Shown: positions 53,753-63,524, counted from the stretch's first letter. The stretch is 64,000 nucleotides of DNA from Myxococcota bacterium (GCA_039194325.1 JBCCWC010000005.1:64001-128000), one strand, 5' to 3'. Notes: generated by a model from the letters alone, not told the origin. Numbers and translations are program-made.

Positions 53753-54532
53753 CTACAGCACGCCATTGCGGCGCAGGATCCAGCGAGTCATCGCGGCGAA
53801 TTGTTCCTGGGGCTGCGCGAGTTTTCGTGCGCGAGTCCGGACTTGCGCCATCTCAGCGTGGTCACCGCGAGCCTTCGCATTCTGGAAGTCCTCGAGGATT
53901 GGCCGGACCCGGCGATCATAGAACTTGGCACGGAGGCGGCAGAGCGTGTCGCGAACATCCAACTCGCTGGCTCGCACGGTCTGCCGCCCGCGTATTGTCG
54001 AGCCCACGGGGACATAGCCGCGCCGACGGCCCATCCAGCGCCACTGGATATGCGCTTCTGGATCGTCCGTGCCACCGGGGTCGAGCAACTGGGCTTGCTC
54101 AGGGACCTGGGTGGGTAGTGTGCGGGGGGTGAGTGGGGACGCCCCTGGGTCGAGAGGAAAGAACGTCGCCTTCGGCGTATTGCAGTTCCGGCAGCAGAAG
54201 TACAGGTTGCCGAGCTCGTAGGCGAGCCACCAGTAGCCGGGGCGCTTGTGGCCGCGGTTGCGAGTATCGTCGCTTGCTTCGGTCTTGGGGCGGAAGTGCT
54301 CAACCGTCGCGTGCTTGATCTCGTATTCTCGTTCGCAGAAGCAGCACTTGTAGTGCTGCATCTTCCAGAGGCGCTCTCGGACCTCGTCGCTGGCATAGAT
54401 GGTTCGGTCGAAGTCATCGGAGCGGAGCTGACCGCTCTTTGCTCGTGGGGCGATGGTGGACTCGAGATGGGCCTTGCCGTCGCGAAGGAGAGCTCGTGGC
54501 GCGTGGGCTCCGGTGCGGTCGATGTGGATCAT
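53753..54532 (-). CDS. HNH endonuclease, PtuB/Septu-like
   Basis: KCCFCE, VEHFRPK, GYWWLAYELGNLYFCCRNCN..K...FP, LLDP...DPE.H; start overlaps the ATPase stop (ATGA). Confidence 0.85.
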   Translation of the reverse strand: MIHIDRTGAHAPRALLRDGKAHLESTIAPRAKSGQLRSDDFDRTIYASDEVRERLWKMQHYKCCFCEREYEIKHATVEHFRPKTEASDDTRNRGHKRPGYWWLAYELGNLYFCCRNCNTPKATFFPLDPGASPLTPRTLPTQVPEQAQLLDPGGTDDPEAHIQWRWMGRRRGYVPVGSTIRGRQTVRASELDVRDTLCRLRAKFYDRRVRPILEDFQNAKARGDHAEMAQVRTRARKLAQPQEQFAAMTRWILRRNGVL

Positions 54533-55848
54533 TCGAGTTCACCCTCGGGGAACGATGGGTCTTCGGCCGCGAAGCTCGAAGCTTCGACATAGGGCTTCAA
54601 TTGCTCGCGAAGCGCGGCGAGTTGCTCTTGGTCGGCTGCGCTGAGGTCGGGCTTGACCGACAGTTCTAGCGCCTGGCGCATCTTCAGCAGTAGCTCGGGT
54701 CGGCCAGCCGCGCTGACGTCGAAGAAGCTCTCCATCAGTTCGCTGCCCGTTTGGAGGCCGGGCTGCTCGACGAAGGTCCGCTGCTTGACCTCGCCGTCGA
54801 CGAGTTCGAGGCCGATGATCTCGTCGGCGTCGAATCCGGTGAGCACCAGCGGAGAGTGCGTGGTGACCACGAACTGCAGGCGCGGGAACGTGGCGCGCAG
54901 GATGGGTACGATCCGCCGCTGCCACGTGGGGTGGAGGTGTAGGTCGAGTTCATCCAGCAGAACGATGCCTTCGAGCGTATTGGGGTCCACCTCGCGTCCG
55001 GCGTCGAGGAATGCATGGCCCAGCAGATCGGCTACCCAGGCGAATGTGCTTTGGTAGCCCTGGCTCAGTAGGTGAGGGGGCAGCTTCATAGGTCCCCCGC
55101 CAACGTCGACTATCAGCCGTCGGGACTCCAGTAATTTCTCCATGCGGTCGACACCATGTGCGCCTCGCAGATCCATATTGATCAGCCAGGGGAGCAGGGA
55201 GTCGCCGTTGGCATCTTGCTCGAGTAGCACATCGCGCAGGACACGAGCATAGGTTGGGCCCAGATCGCGCTCCTTGAGGGCCTCGAAGAAGTCGGTGCCG
55301 AGCATCTTGTGACTGGTGTCGAAGAGCCCTTCGACGCGGTCCGCCACGGGATCGGTTGGAATTGCAACTTCACCGCGTCGCGGAAGTCGGCGGCCCGTGC
55401 CGTAGCCGACCACGAAGTAGCCGCCGGATCGTGCATCTCGAATGTCGTCGAGTCGCTCTGCGTCTTTGTCCCCCGCGAATGCGTAGCGACCTTTTTCGAT
55501 CACCATCGTCGGATTCAACGCACTGAGGGGCTCGCGAGTCTCGAAGTGCGCGTGGATCTCCACGTCCCGATCTTCTTGGTTTTGTCGGACGTAGTCCGTG
55601 GCGTTCTCGACCAGCTTTCTGGTCATCTTGTCGCCGCTGCTTGCTAATGCGATCGCCTGGAGTATCGTGGTCTTGCAGACTCCATTGTCGCCCAATAGCA
55701 CCGTCCACATACGAGTCGACCCATCGCCACGGACGAACGAGAAGCTCTGGTCGGCGAGGATCTTGACGTTGCGGACGATGAGTTCCCGGATGAGCACAGT
55801 GGTTCCTCGGGGCCGTTCATACCACGTTCTTGCTTCCGGGCCTTTCAA
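54529..55848 (-). CDS. ABC-superfamily ATPase, PtuA/Septu-like
   Basis: Walker A GDNGVCKT, YGTGR, signature LSQGY, Walker B/D-loop LLDELDLHLHP.WQ, H-loop TTHSP; start may be GTG at 55797. Confidence 0.87.
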   Translation of the reverse strand: MKGPEARTWYERPRGTTVLIRELIVRNVKILADQSFSFVRGDGSTRMWTVLLGDNGVCKTTILQAIALASSGDKMTRKLVENATDYVRQNQEDRDVEIHAHFETREPLSALNPTMVIEKGRYAFAGDKDAERLDDIRDARSGGYFVVGYGTGRRLPRRGEVAIPTDPVADRVEGLFDTSHKMLGTDFFEALKERDLGPTYARVLRDVLLEQDANGDSLLPWLINMDLRGAHGVDRMEKLLESRRLIVDVGGGPMKLPPHLLSQGYQSTFAWVADLLGHAFLDAGREVDPNTLEGIVLLDELDLHLHPTWQRRIVPILRATFPRLQFVVTTHSPLVLTGFDADEIIGLELVDGEVKQRTFVEQPGLQTGSELMESFFDVSAAGRPELLLKMRQALELSVKPDLSAADQEQLAALREQLKPYVEASSFAAEDPSFPEGELE

Positions 55849-56015
55849 CCTTGGACCGAAAGGGTTCTCAGATAGCGTTCGGCGGTCTATGTGGCAGCGG
55901 GCATACGCCGATCGATCGAGTGGCGCGCTCGCTGGCTAGGGGCGGAAAGACCGAGGGCGTGCCAAACGGCGCCTGCCGCCCGCCGTTCTGCGCTCCTTCG
56001 TGTTCAAAGTATAGA

Positions 56016-56040
56016 TTGCGCAAAATTAAATTGTGCGCAA
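56016..56040. promoter_or_regulatory. OhrR/MarR-type operator
   Basis: ttgcgcaaaatt-a-aattgtgcgcaa, 12-bp arms with one mismatch and an AATT-N-AATT core, 25 bp upstream of ohrR. Confidence 0.75.
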
Positions 56041-56065
56041 CTAAAAACGCGGTACGCTGTCAACG

Positions 56066-56527
56066 ATGGCGAAGCGGTCCGAGCTCCCCGAAGGTGCCCT
56101 GCGGCTCGACCGGCAGCTCTGCTTTGCGCTCTACGCGGCGACGCGCGCCATGACCCAGGCCTACCACCCGGCGCTCGATGCTCTCGGGCTGACCTACCCG
56201 CAGTATCTCGTGCTCTTGGTGCTGTGGGAGGAAGACGACCTGATGGTCAAGGAGCTCGGAGCGCAGCTCATGCTCGACTCGGGCACGCTGACCCCGCTGC
56301 TCAAGCGGCTCGAGGCGGCCGGGATCGTGAGTCGGCGGCGCGACCCCGACGATGAGCGACGGCTCCGCGTCACGCTCACCGCTCATGGCCGGCGTCTGCG
56401 TGCCAAGGCGCCGTCTGTCTATCGCTGCGTGGCCGAGCGCCTCGCCGACCAGAGTCCTCGTGAGCTCGCCAAGCTGCGGGAGCAGCTCGTCGCGCTCACC
56501 CAAACCCTCAAAGGAGACCCATCATGA
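56066..56527 (+). CDS. ohrR: Organic hydroperoxide-sensing MarR regulator
   Basis: QLCFALY sensor Cys, LGLTYPQYLVLLVLWE, LDSGTLTPLLKRLE, DER. Confidence 0.92.
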   Translation: MAKRSELPEGALRLDRQLCFALYAATRAMTQAYHPALDALGLTYPQYLVLLVLWEEDDLMVKELGAQLMLDSGTLTPLLKRLEAAGIVSRRRDPDDERRLRVTLTAHGRRLRAKAPSVYRCVAERLADQSPRELAKLREQLVALTQTLKGDPS

Positions 56528-56754
56528 AGACCCTCTACGCCGCAAACGTAACCGCCACTGGTAACGGCCGAGATGGCCACGTCAAGAGCGACGATGGCCT
56601 CATCGATCTCGATCTTGCGATGCCCCCGGGCCTGGGCGGCAAGGGCGGGGCGACCAACCCCGAGCAGCTCTTTGCGGCCGGCTACTCGGCATGCTTCTGT
56701 CCCTATTCCAATGCCACCCGCGGCAACATCGACGTCGAGCTCAAGCTGGCCTAG
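56524..56754 (+). pseudogene. ohr: Ohr peroxidase with large in-frame internal deletion (76 aa)
   Basis: GRDG..NPEQLFAAGYSACF joined directly to CPYSNATRGNIDV; about 60 residues normally separating the two Cys are missing. Confidence 0.8.
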
Positions 56755-56780
56755 GAGTCCCTACCCGGCGGTCTGCGCCA

Positions 56781-56810
56781 CTACTAGCCCAACGAAAGTG
56801 GGGCTAGTGG
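56781..56810. terminator. Hairpin between convergent ohr and serine hydrolase genes
   Basis: ctactagcccaac-GAAA-gtggggctagtgg; no U-tract. Confidence 0.55.
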
Positions 56811-56812
56811 GG

Positions 56813-58510
56813 CTAGTCCTCGCGCTTTCCTACGAAGTACCTCGTGCGGAGCCAAGGCGTCAGCTCACCCTGCTCATCGCGGATGAACGTGAAATCGAGG
56901 CCTAGATCGGCGGATAACCACACATATGTCGACACCGGGATGAGATCGGGTTGCACTTCGAAGCCGCGCTCGGCAAAGGATGGGATCGAGATCTGCAAGC
57001 CGTTGGCCCCGCCCTCGGTGATTGCGATCTCCCCGATCTCCGCGGCGTCGTAGGTCCCCGCCAGCTCGGAGAACCGGCTAGGGTCGAGGTCCGGCGTGTA
57101 CGTCGATGGCGGCGGAAGCTCGTCGAGCACGACCTCGAGCACGGCCGACTGGGTGGCTGCGTGCGTGCTGCCGGTTCCATTCGACAGGATCGAGACGACC
57201 ACGTCGTGATCGGGAACGATGATCAGCGAGGAGGTGAACGACAGCGTATTACCGCCGTGCTCCCAGACGGTGATCGGATGGTACTCGGTCGATGTGAACG
57301 GATCCCCGCTCAGCGGAAACTGGTCCCACACGACGATCCCGAGGCCATACGACATCGGGTCGCTCAGCTGGGTGTCGACCTCGGGGGTGGTGAGCATGGC
57401 TCGCACGTGGTCGCTGACCACCTCCTCGTTGCCGTGAATGAGGAAGTCTCCCCAGCGGCACATGTCCGACGGAGTGGAGAACGTGGCGGTGCCCGCGGGG
57501 CGCTGGGCGGCAGCGTCTTGCAGCTCCTCGATGGTCAAGGGGACGGGTTCGCCGAGCTGAAAGTCGGGGAACTCGCCGAGTACGACCTGGTCGGCATCGA
57601 ACCCTATCGAGTCGGCGTAGTTCCCGGCCGCCGCCGCTTCGGCCACTCGCGCGAAGCTTCGCGTCATGCCGAGCGGCGCGAAGATCTCCTCGTTCACGAT
57701 GTCGGGATAGCGGCGACCCTGCGGATCGTGCTCCTCGACGATGAGGCCCGCGAGGTCGACCCCGGGGTTGGAGTAGTTATAGAGCGTCCCGGGGGGCGTC
57801 ATGACCATTGCCGTCTCGCGGTAGGGGCCGTAGTAGTGTGAGGCGAGCCCTGCGTCGTCGCCCGTCCCCGTGATCACGTATGCGTCTTGTAAGCCGGACT
57901 GGTGGGACAGTAGGTGCCGCATCGTCGTCTGCTCGGTCCATTCGGACGTAGATGCCACGATGAATTCGGGCAGCAGCTCGGCGATCGTGTCATCGAGGGA
58001 GTAGAGTCCGTCGTCCACCTGGGTCAGCACGGCCATGGCCGTGAGCTGCTTGGTGGTGCTGCCGATCATGAAGGTCGTGTCGATCTCCACGGGCACGTCG
58101 TCGAGCGGGCTCGCGGAGCCGAAACCCTCAGCCCACACGATCTCGCCGTGCTCCATGACGGCGATCGAGACGCCGGGGGCGAGGTTGCCGTCGAGCTCTT
58201 CGAGTAGACTATCGACGGCAGAGTCGAAGCGAGTCTCGCGCGGGAGCGCGCCTTCTGAATCGGGCGGTTCGATCTCGGCGCCACACGCGGACACGGCGAA
58301 CGCGAGCAGGGAGGCGATGGGGGCATGGAGGGTTCGTGGTCGGCAAGTTTTGGTGACAAAGCGCGCGATCTTCGACGGTCGTGGCTGGTAGCAGCAAGTT
58401 GACTGGGTCTGGTAGTTCGTATTCACGAAGTGATTGTGCGAGCCGCGATGTTGCTTTCGATGCTGGTTGTGTTTCGAATTGTTTCCGCCAATGCCCCCTG
58501 AGCGTGGCAT
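56813..58510 (-). CDS. Serine hydrolase (beta-lactamase/AmpC-like family) lipoprotein
   Basis: GSTTK (SxxK), LLSHQSG, YNYSN, HGGN; lipobox VSAC; start uncertain (58510 or 58426). Confidence 0.88.
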   Translation of the reverse strand: MPRSGGIGGNNSKHNQHRKQHRGSHNHFVNTNYQTQSTCCYQPRPSKIARFVTKTCRPRTLHAPIASLLAFAVSACGAEIEPPDSEGALPRETRFDSAVDSLLEELDGNLAPGVSIAVMEHGEIVWAEGFGSASPLDDVPVEIDTTFMIGSTTKQLTAMAVLTQVDDGLYSLDDTIAELLPEFIVASTSEWTEQTTMRHLLSHQSGLQDAYVITGTGDDAGLASHYYGPYRETAMVMTPPGTLYNYSNPGVDLAGLIVEEHDPQGRRYPDIVNEEIFAPLGMTRSFARVAEAAAAGNYADSIGFDADQVVLGEFPDFQLGEPVPLTIEELQDAAAQRPAGTATFSTPSDMCRWGDFLIHGNEEVVSDHVRAMLTTPEVDTQLSDPMSYGLGIVVWDQFPLSGDPFTSTEYHPITVWEHGGNTLSFTSSLIIVPDHDVVVSILSNGTGSTHAATQSAVLEVVLDELPPPSTYTPDLDPSRFSELAGTYDAAEIGEIAITEGGANGLQISIPSFAERGFEVQPDLIPVSTYVWLSADLGLDFTFIRDEQGELTPWLRTRYFVGKRED

Positions 58511-58525
58511 CCCGGTGCGTGGTCG

Positions 58526-59839
58526 CTAGACCGGAACCCGGCCGGTCATGCTCTCGGGCCAGCGCACGACGAACCGTGCCCCGCCGAGGCTGCTGTCGTC
58601 GACGGACACCGTGCCTTCTTGCCTCGAGACCGCGGAGCGAACGACGGTAAGCCCCAGGCCGATCCCCCCCGTGTCGGTGCTGCGACTCTCATCGAGGCGC
58701 CGAAAGGGTTCGAAGATGACCTCGCGATCTTCGAGCCGGATCCCGGAGCCGTCGTCCTCGACTCGCAGCACGACCGATCCCTCTTCACACCGAATCGAGA
58801 TCGCGACCCGGCTGCGGGCGTGGCGAAAGGCGTTGCGGGCCAGGTTCGAGAATGTCCGGGAGAAATCGCTCGTCTCGGACACGAGTCCGAGGCCCGGCTG
58901 GGCGTCGATGGTGACATCGCACGTGGGCTCGAGCTGCGACACCTGGTCCGCGGCGATCGCCCCGACGTCCACCGTCTGCAGGTTCGATGGCTGAGGGGCC
59001 GTGCGGGCTCGAAGCGCGTGCGTCAGCTGTGACGCCATTTCCTCGAGCTCGGTCAGGCTCCGGTCGATGATGTCGTTCGATCGTGCGCGGGTGTGTTGCT
59101 CGGTGGACTCAAGGAGATTCTCGACGCTGAAGCGGATCCGGGCGATCGGCGTGCGCACCTCGTGGCAGACGGCCCGCAGCAGCTCTTCTTGGCCACTGAC
59201 CAGCTGGTTCATGCGTGTGGCCATCGAGTTGAAGTCGTGCTCGAGCTCGGCCAGTGTGCGCCCCTGGCCCTGGTGTACCCGCGCGTCGAGGTCGCCGCTG
59301 GCCAGGCGCCGCGCCGCGTCTCGGACCCGGCGTACCCGCGCGATCACGGGAGCGACCGCGTACCAGGTTGCGAGTGACGTGATGCCCAGCACCCAGGCCG
59401 AGAAGATCCCGAGCGACACCGCGTCGTACGGGACGACCGACGGTGTGATGGTCGGCCCGACGACGACGAATCGGTCGCGGCCTACGGGCTGGGTCACGAA
59501 GAAGAAGTCGCCGTCGAAGAAAGTCGTGAGCTGGTGGGGGTCGATCGGGTGGTCGACGAAGGACTCCTCGCTCAATTCGTCGAGGGACATCAACGAGATC
59601 GGCTCCGAGAACGCGGGGCGGAGTTCCTCCACGAGCTGGTCTTGCTCGCGCGGAGATCTCTCGCGCATCGCCTCGGCGACGCCGCGCATGGGACCCCCGA
59701 GCACAGTCTGGAGCTTGTGCTCGGTCTCGGCGTCGTAGGCGGTCTGAAACCGCCAATCCATGATCCAATCGAAGCCGATGCTGACGAGGAATCCGGCGAC
59801 GATGAACGCCAGCGCGAATCTTGCCTGAATCGATGTCAC
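58526..59839 (-). CDS. Membrane sensor histidine kinase (HAMP-HisKA-HATPase, RstB/CpxA-like)
   Basis: Two TMs, HAMP, CHEVRTP, NLARNA, EDDGSGI, FEPF, GGIGLGL. Confidence 0.92.
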   Translation of the reverse strand: MTSIQARFALAFIVAGFLVSIGFDWIMDWRFQTAYDAETEHKLQTVLGGPMRGVAEAMRERSPREQDQLVEELRPAFSEPISLMSLDELSEESFVDHPIDPHQLTTFFDGDFFFVTQPVGRDRFVVVGPTITPSVVPYDAVSLGIFSAWVLGITSLATWYAVAPVIARVRRVRDAARRLASGDLDARVHQGQGRTLAELEHDFNSMATRMNQLVSGQEELLRAVCHEVRTPIARIRFSVENLLESTEQHTRARSNDIIDRSLTELEEMASQLTHALRARTAPQPSNLQTVDVGAIAADQVSQLEPTCDVTIDAQPGLGLVSETSDFSRTFSNLARNAFRHARSRVAISIRCEEGSVVLRVEDDGSGIRLEDREVIFEPFRRLDESRSTDTGGIGLGLTVVRSAVSRQEGTVSVDDSSLGGARFVVRWPESMTGRVPV

Positions 59840-60522
59840 GGGAGCACGACCATATATCCGACCCCACGAATCGCCTTGATGATGTCCATCGTCTCGCCCG
59901 TGGCGGCCAGCTTCCTTCGAATTCGATGGACCCGTAGATCGACGCTGCGGTCTACGCCATTGTAACGGCCGCCCAAGAGCTCCCGGTGGATCATCTCCCG
60001 CGACACGACCTGGCCCGCTCGCAGGGCGAGGAACAGCAATACATCGAATTCCGCCGATGTGAACTCGACATCGTGCTCATGCACGGTCACCCGACGACGC
60101 GCTGGATCGAGCGCGATCGGTCCGCACACGACGGGCGCTGGAGGGCCGCGGCGATGCCGGCCCAGCAGGCGGTTGATCCGGGCCAGTAGAACCCGAGGGC
60201 GAACCGGCTTGATGACGTAATCGTCTGCCCCCAACTCCAGGCCGATCACCTCGTCGGCCTCCTCACCACGTGCTGTCAGCAGCAAGATCGCGCCGGTGAA
60301 CTGTCCGCGGATCTTGCTGCAGATGTTGAACCCATCCTCGCCCGGGAGCATGACGTCGAGGAGCAAGACGTCGGGTTGGCGCTCGAGTATGATCGGCGCT
60401 GCGGTGTCGCCGCGTGAGTGGGTGGTGACGGTGAGTTGGTGCGCTCGTAGGTAGGTTGCGACCGACTCACAGAGCTCTCGGTCGTCTTCGATCAAGAGAA
60501 CACGGGGAGTCGCATCGGCCAT
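59836..60522 (-). CDS. OmpR-family response regulator (RstA-like)
   Basis: LLIEDD, LDVMLPG, GADDYVIKP, TSAEFDVL, RSVDLRV.RIRRKL, IRGVGY. Confidence 0.95.
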   Translation of the reverse strand: MADATPRVLLIEDDRELCESVATYLRAHQLTVTTHSRGDTAAPIILERQPDVLLLDVMLPGEDGFNICSKIRGQFTGAILLLTARGEEADEVIGLELGADDYVIKPVRPRVLLARINRLLGRHRRGPPAPVVCGPIALDPARRRVTVHEHDVEFTSAEFDVLLFLALRAGQVVSREMIHRELLGGRYNGVDRSVDLRVHRIRRKLAATGETMDIIKAIRGVGYMVVLP

Positions 60523-60534
60523 GTGGAGCAACGA

Positions 60535-62178
60535 TCACCCGACGGGGCGGACAGCACAAGGCGCGAGCCGTGTGGCCTCGCGTTCTGGATTACGCCGTCG
60601 GGATGCCGCGATGATGAGCAGCAGCAGAGACCACGGGGTATGCGGCGAGCTCGTCGAGCGGCAGCTGCATCCGCTCGGCTGGTCGTCGTCTAAGGTGACC
60701 GTGGTCGAGGTGCTGCTGTCGTATTGGGCGCTCGTGGACGAGGTCGTGCCGACCAGTCCACCTTCGCTGCTGGAGCTGTCGGTCGTGGAACCTCCCGTGA
60801 AGGATGTTCCGTCGGAGGTGCCGGACGCCCCGGAGGTGTCGGACGTCCCGGTCCCGGTGTCCTCGGAGCCCCCATCGTCTTCGAAGGAGATCCCCGCGAT
60901 GACATACACGTTGTCGCCCGAGGCCCCCGAGGCCAGTGTATCCGGGAGCCCGTCGCGGTCGACATCGCCGAGGCCCACCACATCGAAGCCCAGCTGTTCT
61001 CCCGCCTCGAGGCTGGTGACATCTCGTAGGATCGTGCCGTCCACCCCGGAGTACCAGGTCAGCTTGCCCGCCTGATTCGCGCCGTCGCTGCTGAGGTACG
61101 AGCCGCCGACCACATCGGGGACTCCATCGGCGTCGACATCACCCGCCCCGCGTCCGGGGCCCAGGCCCTGGTTGGCTCCGGTGCCCGAGGCGTCGAACAG
61201 CGGGCTGCCATCTTGCCCCGAGAACACGTGGAGCCGGCCCGAGCCCATGTCGGGGGCCGAGGCGGAGAAGTCTCCTACGTAGAGGTCGGGCGTGGTGTCG
61301 CCGTCGACGTCTCCTACCGTGGCCACGAAGAACCAGGCGAAGGCTCCGCTGCCCGGTCCTCCGGCGACCGTCAGCAGTTCGCTTGCGTCGCTTCCGCGGT
61401 GGACGAACGCCGCGCCTCCTTCACCGGTACTGCGGGCGCCGATGAAGGGATCGGGGATCCCGTCACCGTCCAGATCTCCCACGAAGGCGGTCCCGCTCCC
61501 GAGGTTGCCGCCGGGCTCGGTGCCCACGATCGTGTGTATGAAGTCGCCATTGGTGCCGGCGACCACGTAGGCTCGGCCCGCGTTGTCGTCGGCCATCGGG
61601 TCGATGTCGGCCGCTTCGGCGCCCACCAAGATGTCGGCGAGGCCGTCGCCATCGATGTCGCCGGCGCTCGCCACCGCCGTGCCGAAGTTGTCGCCGGGGG
61701 CCTCTCCCTCTACGGTGAGCAGCGTGGAGCCGTTGGCGCCCGAGTAGACATAGACTTGACCGGCGGGGTTAGGGCCGGCTCCGGCTCCGGGGGCTCCGGC
61801 GACGATATCGTGCACGCCGTCGCCGTCGACGTCGCCCGCGTCGGCCATCGCGTAGCTCAGCAGCGAGCCTGGATCGCCCTCCCAGCGCCACAGCTCCTCT
61901 CCGGTTCGTCCCGAGAGGGCGACCAGCAAGCCCGTGGTAGTGCCGCGCTCGACGTGCCAAGGAGCGCCCGTCAGCGCGTCCTTGGCTCCGTCGCCGTTCA
62001 GGTCGGCGATCTCCGCGACCGCCCAGCCAAAGCCGGATCCGTCTTGTCCGTGCACGTGCCAGATCGCCGCGGCGTCGTCCTCGACGAAGTCACCGGGGGC
62101 CGCCCGAGTTGGGAGGGGCCAGCTGAGCCCGGCCAGTAGGATCAGGGGAAGCGAAGATCGAAGGATGGAGCGATTCAC
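60535..62178 (-). CDS. FG-GAP (integrin alpha-like) beta-propeller protein with MYXO-CTERM-like tail
   Basis: Seven GDxDGDG.xD...GA repeats, Ser/Thr linker, GCSC-hydrophobic-RRR; GTG start overlaps the AraC stop. Confidence 0.88.
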   Translation of the reverse strand: MNRSILRSSLPLILLAGLSWPLPTRAAPGDFVEDDAAAIWHVHGQDGSGFGWAVAEIADLNGDGAKDALTGAPWHVERGTTTGLLVALSGRTGEELWRWEGDPGSLLSYAMADAGDVDGDGVHDIVAGAPGAGAGPNPAGQVYVYSGANGSTLLTVEGEAPGDNFGTAVASAGDIDGDGLADILVGAEAADIDPMADDNAGRAYVVAGTNGDFIHTIVGTEPGGNLGSGTAFVGDLDGDGIPDPFIGARSTGEGGAAFVHRGSDASELLTVAGGPGSGAFAWFFVATVGDVDGDTTPDLYVGDFSASAPDMGSGRLHVFSGQDGSPLFDASGTGANQGLGPGRGAGDVDADGVPDVVGGSYLSSDGANQAGKLTWYSGVDGTILRDVTSLEAGEQLGFDVVGLGDVDRDGLPDTLASGASGDNVYVIAGISFEDDGGSEDTGTGTSDTSGASGTSDGTSFTGGSTTDSSSSEGGLVGTTSSTSAQYDSSTSTTVTLDDDQPSGCSCRSTSSPHTPWSLLLLIIAASRRRNPEREATRLAPCAVRPVG

Positions 62179-63179
62179 GCTCTGGACGCTACGCACCGGG
62201 CGGGGTGGACCGCTTTCAGGATCGTGCTCGGAGAGCGGCGTAGGCTGCGCGAGTCGAGCGCCGCGCGAAGCATCGAAGGGGGAATCCCTACACTGCGCCG
62301 AAACTGGTCGCTGAAGTGGCTATGGCTCGAGTAGCCTAGATCCAGGGCGAGGTCGGTCAGCGGTATATGGGGGTCGGCGAGCCGTTGGATCGCCACGTTG
62401 ATGCGGATCTGAGTTCGGTGCTCGTGGATCGTGTGGCCGGTGGTTGCGCGAAAGATCCGAGCCAGGTGGTAGGGCGACGCGCCGACCGTCGCGGCGATCT
62501 GCGCGAGCCCTAGCGGCTCGTCGAAGCGTTCGCCGAGCAATCGCTCGGTTTCGTGGACCAGGGTGCGGTGTCGCGCCGTGGTCCCTCGTCGCGAGCTCGC
62601 CGCCTTCGGCTTGGATCTCGAGCGGCTGGTACGGACGATCGCGCCCATCAGCCCGAGGATCGGCTCGAGCATCGCCGCTGGATCGCAGGGGTCGCTGGCG
62701 AGCGTGCGCAGGATCGACTGGTACTGTGCGTAGCAATCCGTGCCCAGCGTGCCTCCTTCGACCTCGAAGGGAGCGCTTGGGTCGACCGATGACGTGTCGA
62801 GTTCGGTCGCCACCACATCGGCCAATAGCTCGGGCTGGAGGGCGAAGTAGGTGCAATCGTCTCCGCGTGGGTCGACCAGTCGCCGCTCATATTCTTGGTG
62901 TGCGTTGTAGAACACGCACCGGGCGGGGCTCGCGAGCACGGGCTCGATCTTCGCGCGGAGGATCTCCACGGCGTGGTGAGGGATCACGACCAGCGGGTAG
63001 GATCCGACCATGTTGGCGTGGCCCCACTGCGGCGCGGTGGGTGGGCAGCGAAAGCGGCCCACCATGAACGCGTGCGTCTCGAGCCGGTCGATCCTCGGTC
63101 CGTCGGGTCCCCGAGGGTACAGGCGGATCCAGGTGCGCGCTGCGGGAGGGGCGGCGGGCTCGGAGGTCTTTGTGCGCAT
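62175..63179 (-). CDS. AraC-family transcriptional regulator
   Basis: LAQIA..VGASPYHLARIF, LALDLGYSSHSHFSDQFRRSVGIPPS. Confidence 0.93.
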   Translation of the reverse strand: MRTKTSEPAAPPAARTWIRLYPRGPDGPRIDRLETHAFMVGRFRCPPTAPQWGHANMVGSYPLVVIPHHAVEILRAKIEPVLASPARCVFYNAHQEYERRLVDPRGDDCTYFALQPELLADVVATELDTSSVDPSAPFEVEGGTLGTDCYAQYQSILRTLASDPCDPAAMLEPILGLMGAIVRTSRSRSKPKAASSRRGTTARHRTLVHETERLLGERFDEPLGLAQIAATVGASPYHLARIFRATTGHTIHEHRTQIRINVAIQRLADPHIPLTDLALDLGYSSHSHFSDQFRRSVGIPPSMLRAALDSRSLRRSPSTILKAVHPARCVASRA

Positions 63180-63290
63180 GGGCTCGGCTTCAACGGGTCG
63201 ACGACGGAAGGCTGACACCCGCCCGCGAGCGGCGCGAGCCGCCCGAGCGGAGGGGTTGCTGCTGTCTCGCTATCGAAGTACGCTGATTCC

Positions 63291-63524
63291 ATGGGCGTCA
63301 AGGCCACGGTCCAAAACGGCCGCCTGATCGTCAATGAGGAGGCACGGCTTCCCGAGGGTACGGTCCTCCACCTCGAGCTCGAGGACGATGGAGACATACT
63401 CGGAGAGAATCAGCGTCGGGCACTCGACGCAGCGATCTCGACGAGTCTTCGACAAGCCGCGAGTGGCCAATTTCGCTCGGCTGCCAGAGTATTGGAGCGC
63501 CTTCGCGCTCGACGTGGCGAATGA
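63291..63524 (+). CDS. Putative antitoxin (type II TA)
   Basis: 77 aa, KATVQNGRL..LPEGTVL.L plus helical tail; ATGA overlap with the downstream toxin-like frame. Confidence 0.7.
   Translation: MGVKATVQNGRLIVNEEARLPEGTVLHLELEDDGDILGENQRRALDAAISTSLRQAASGQFRSAARVLERLRARRGE

Noticed and set aside
55849..56065. Possible retron msr-msd upstream of the PtuA-like gene
   Set aside because: No reverse transcriptase in the window, and the main inverted repeat here is explained as the OhrR operator.
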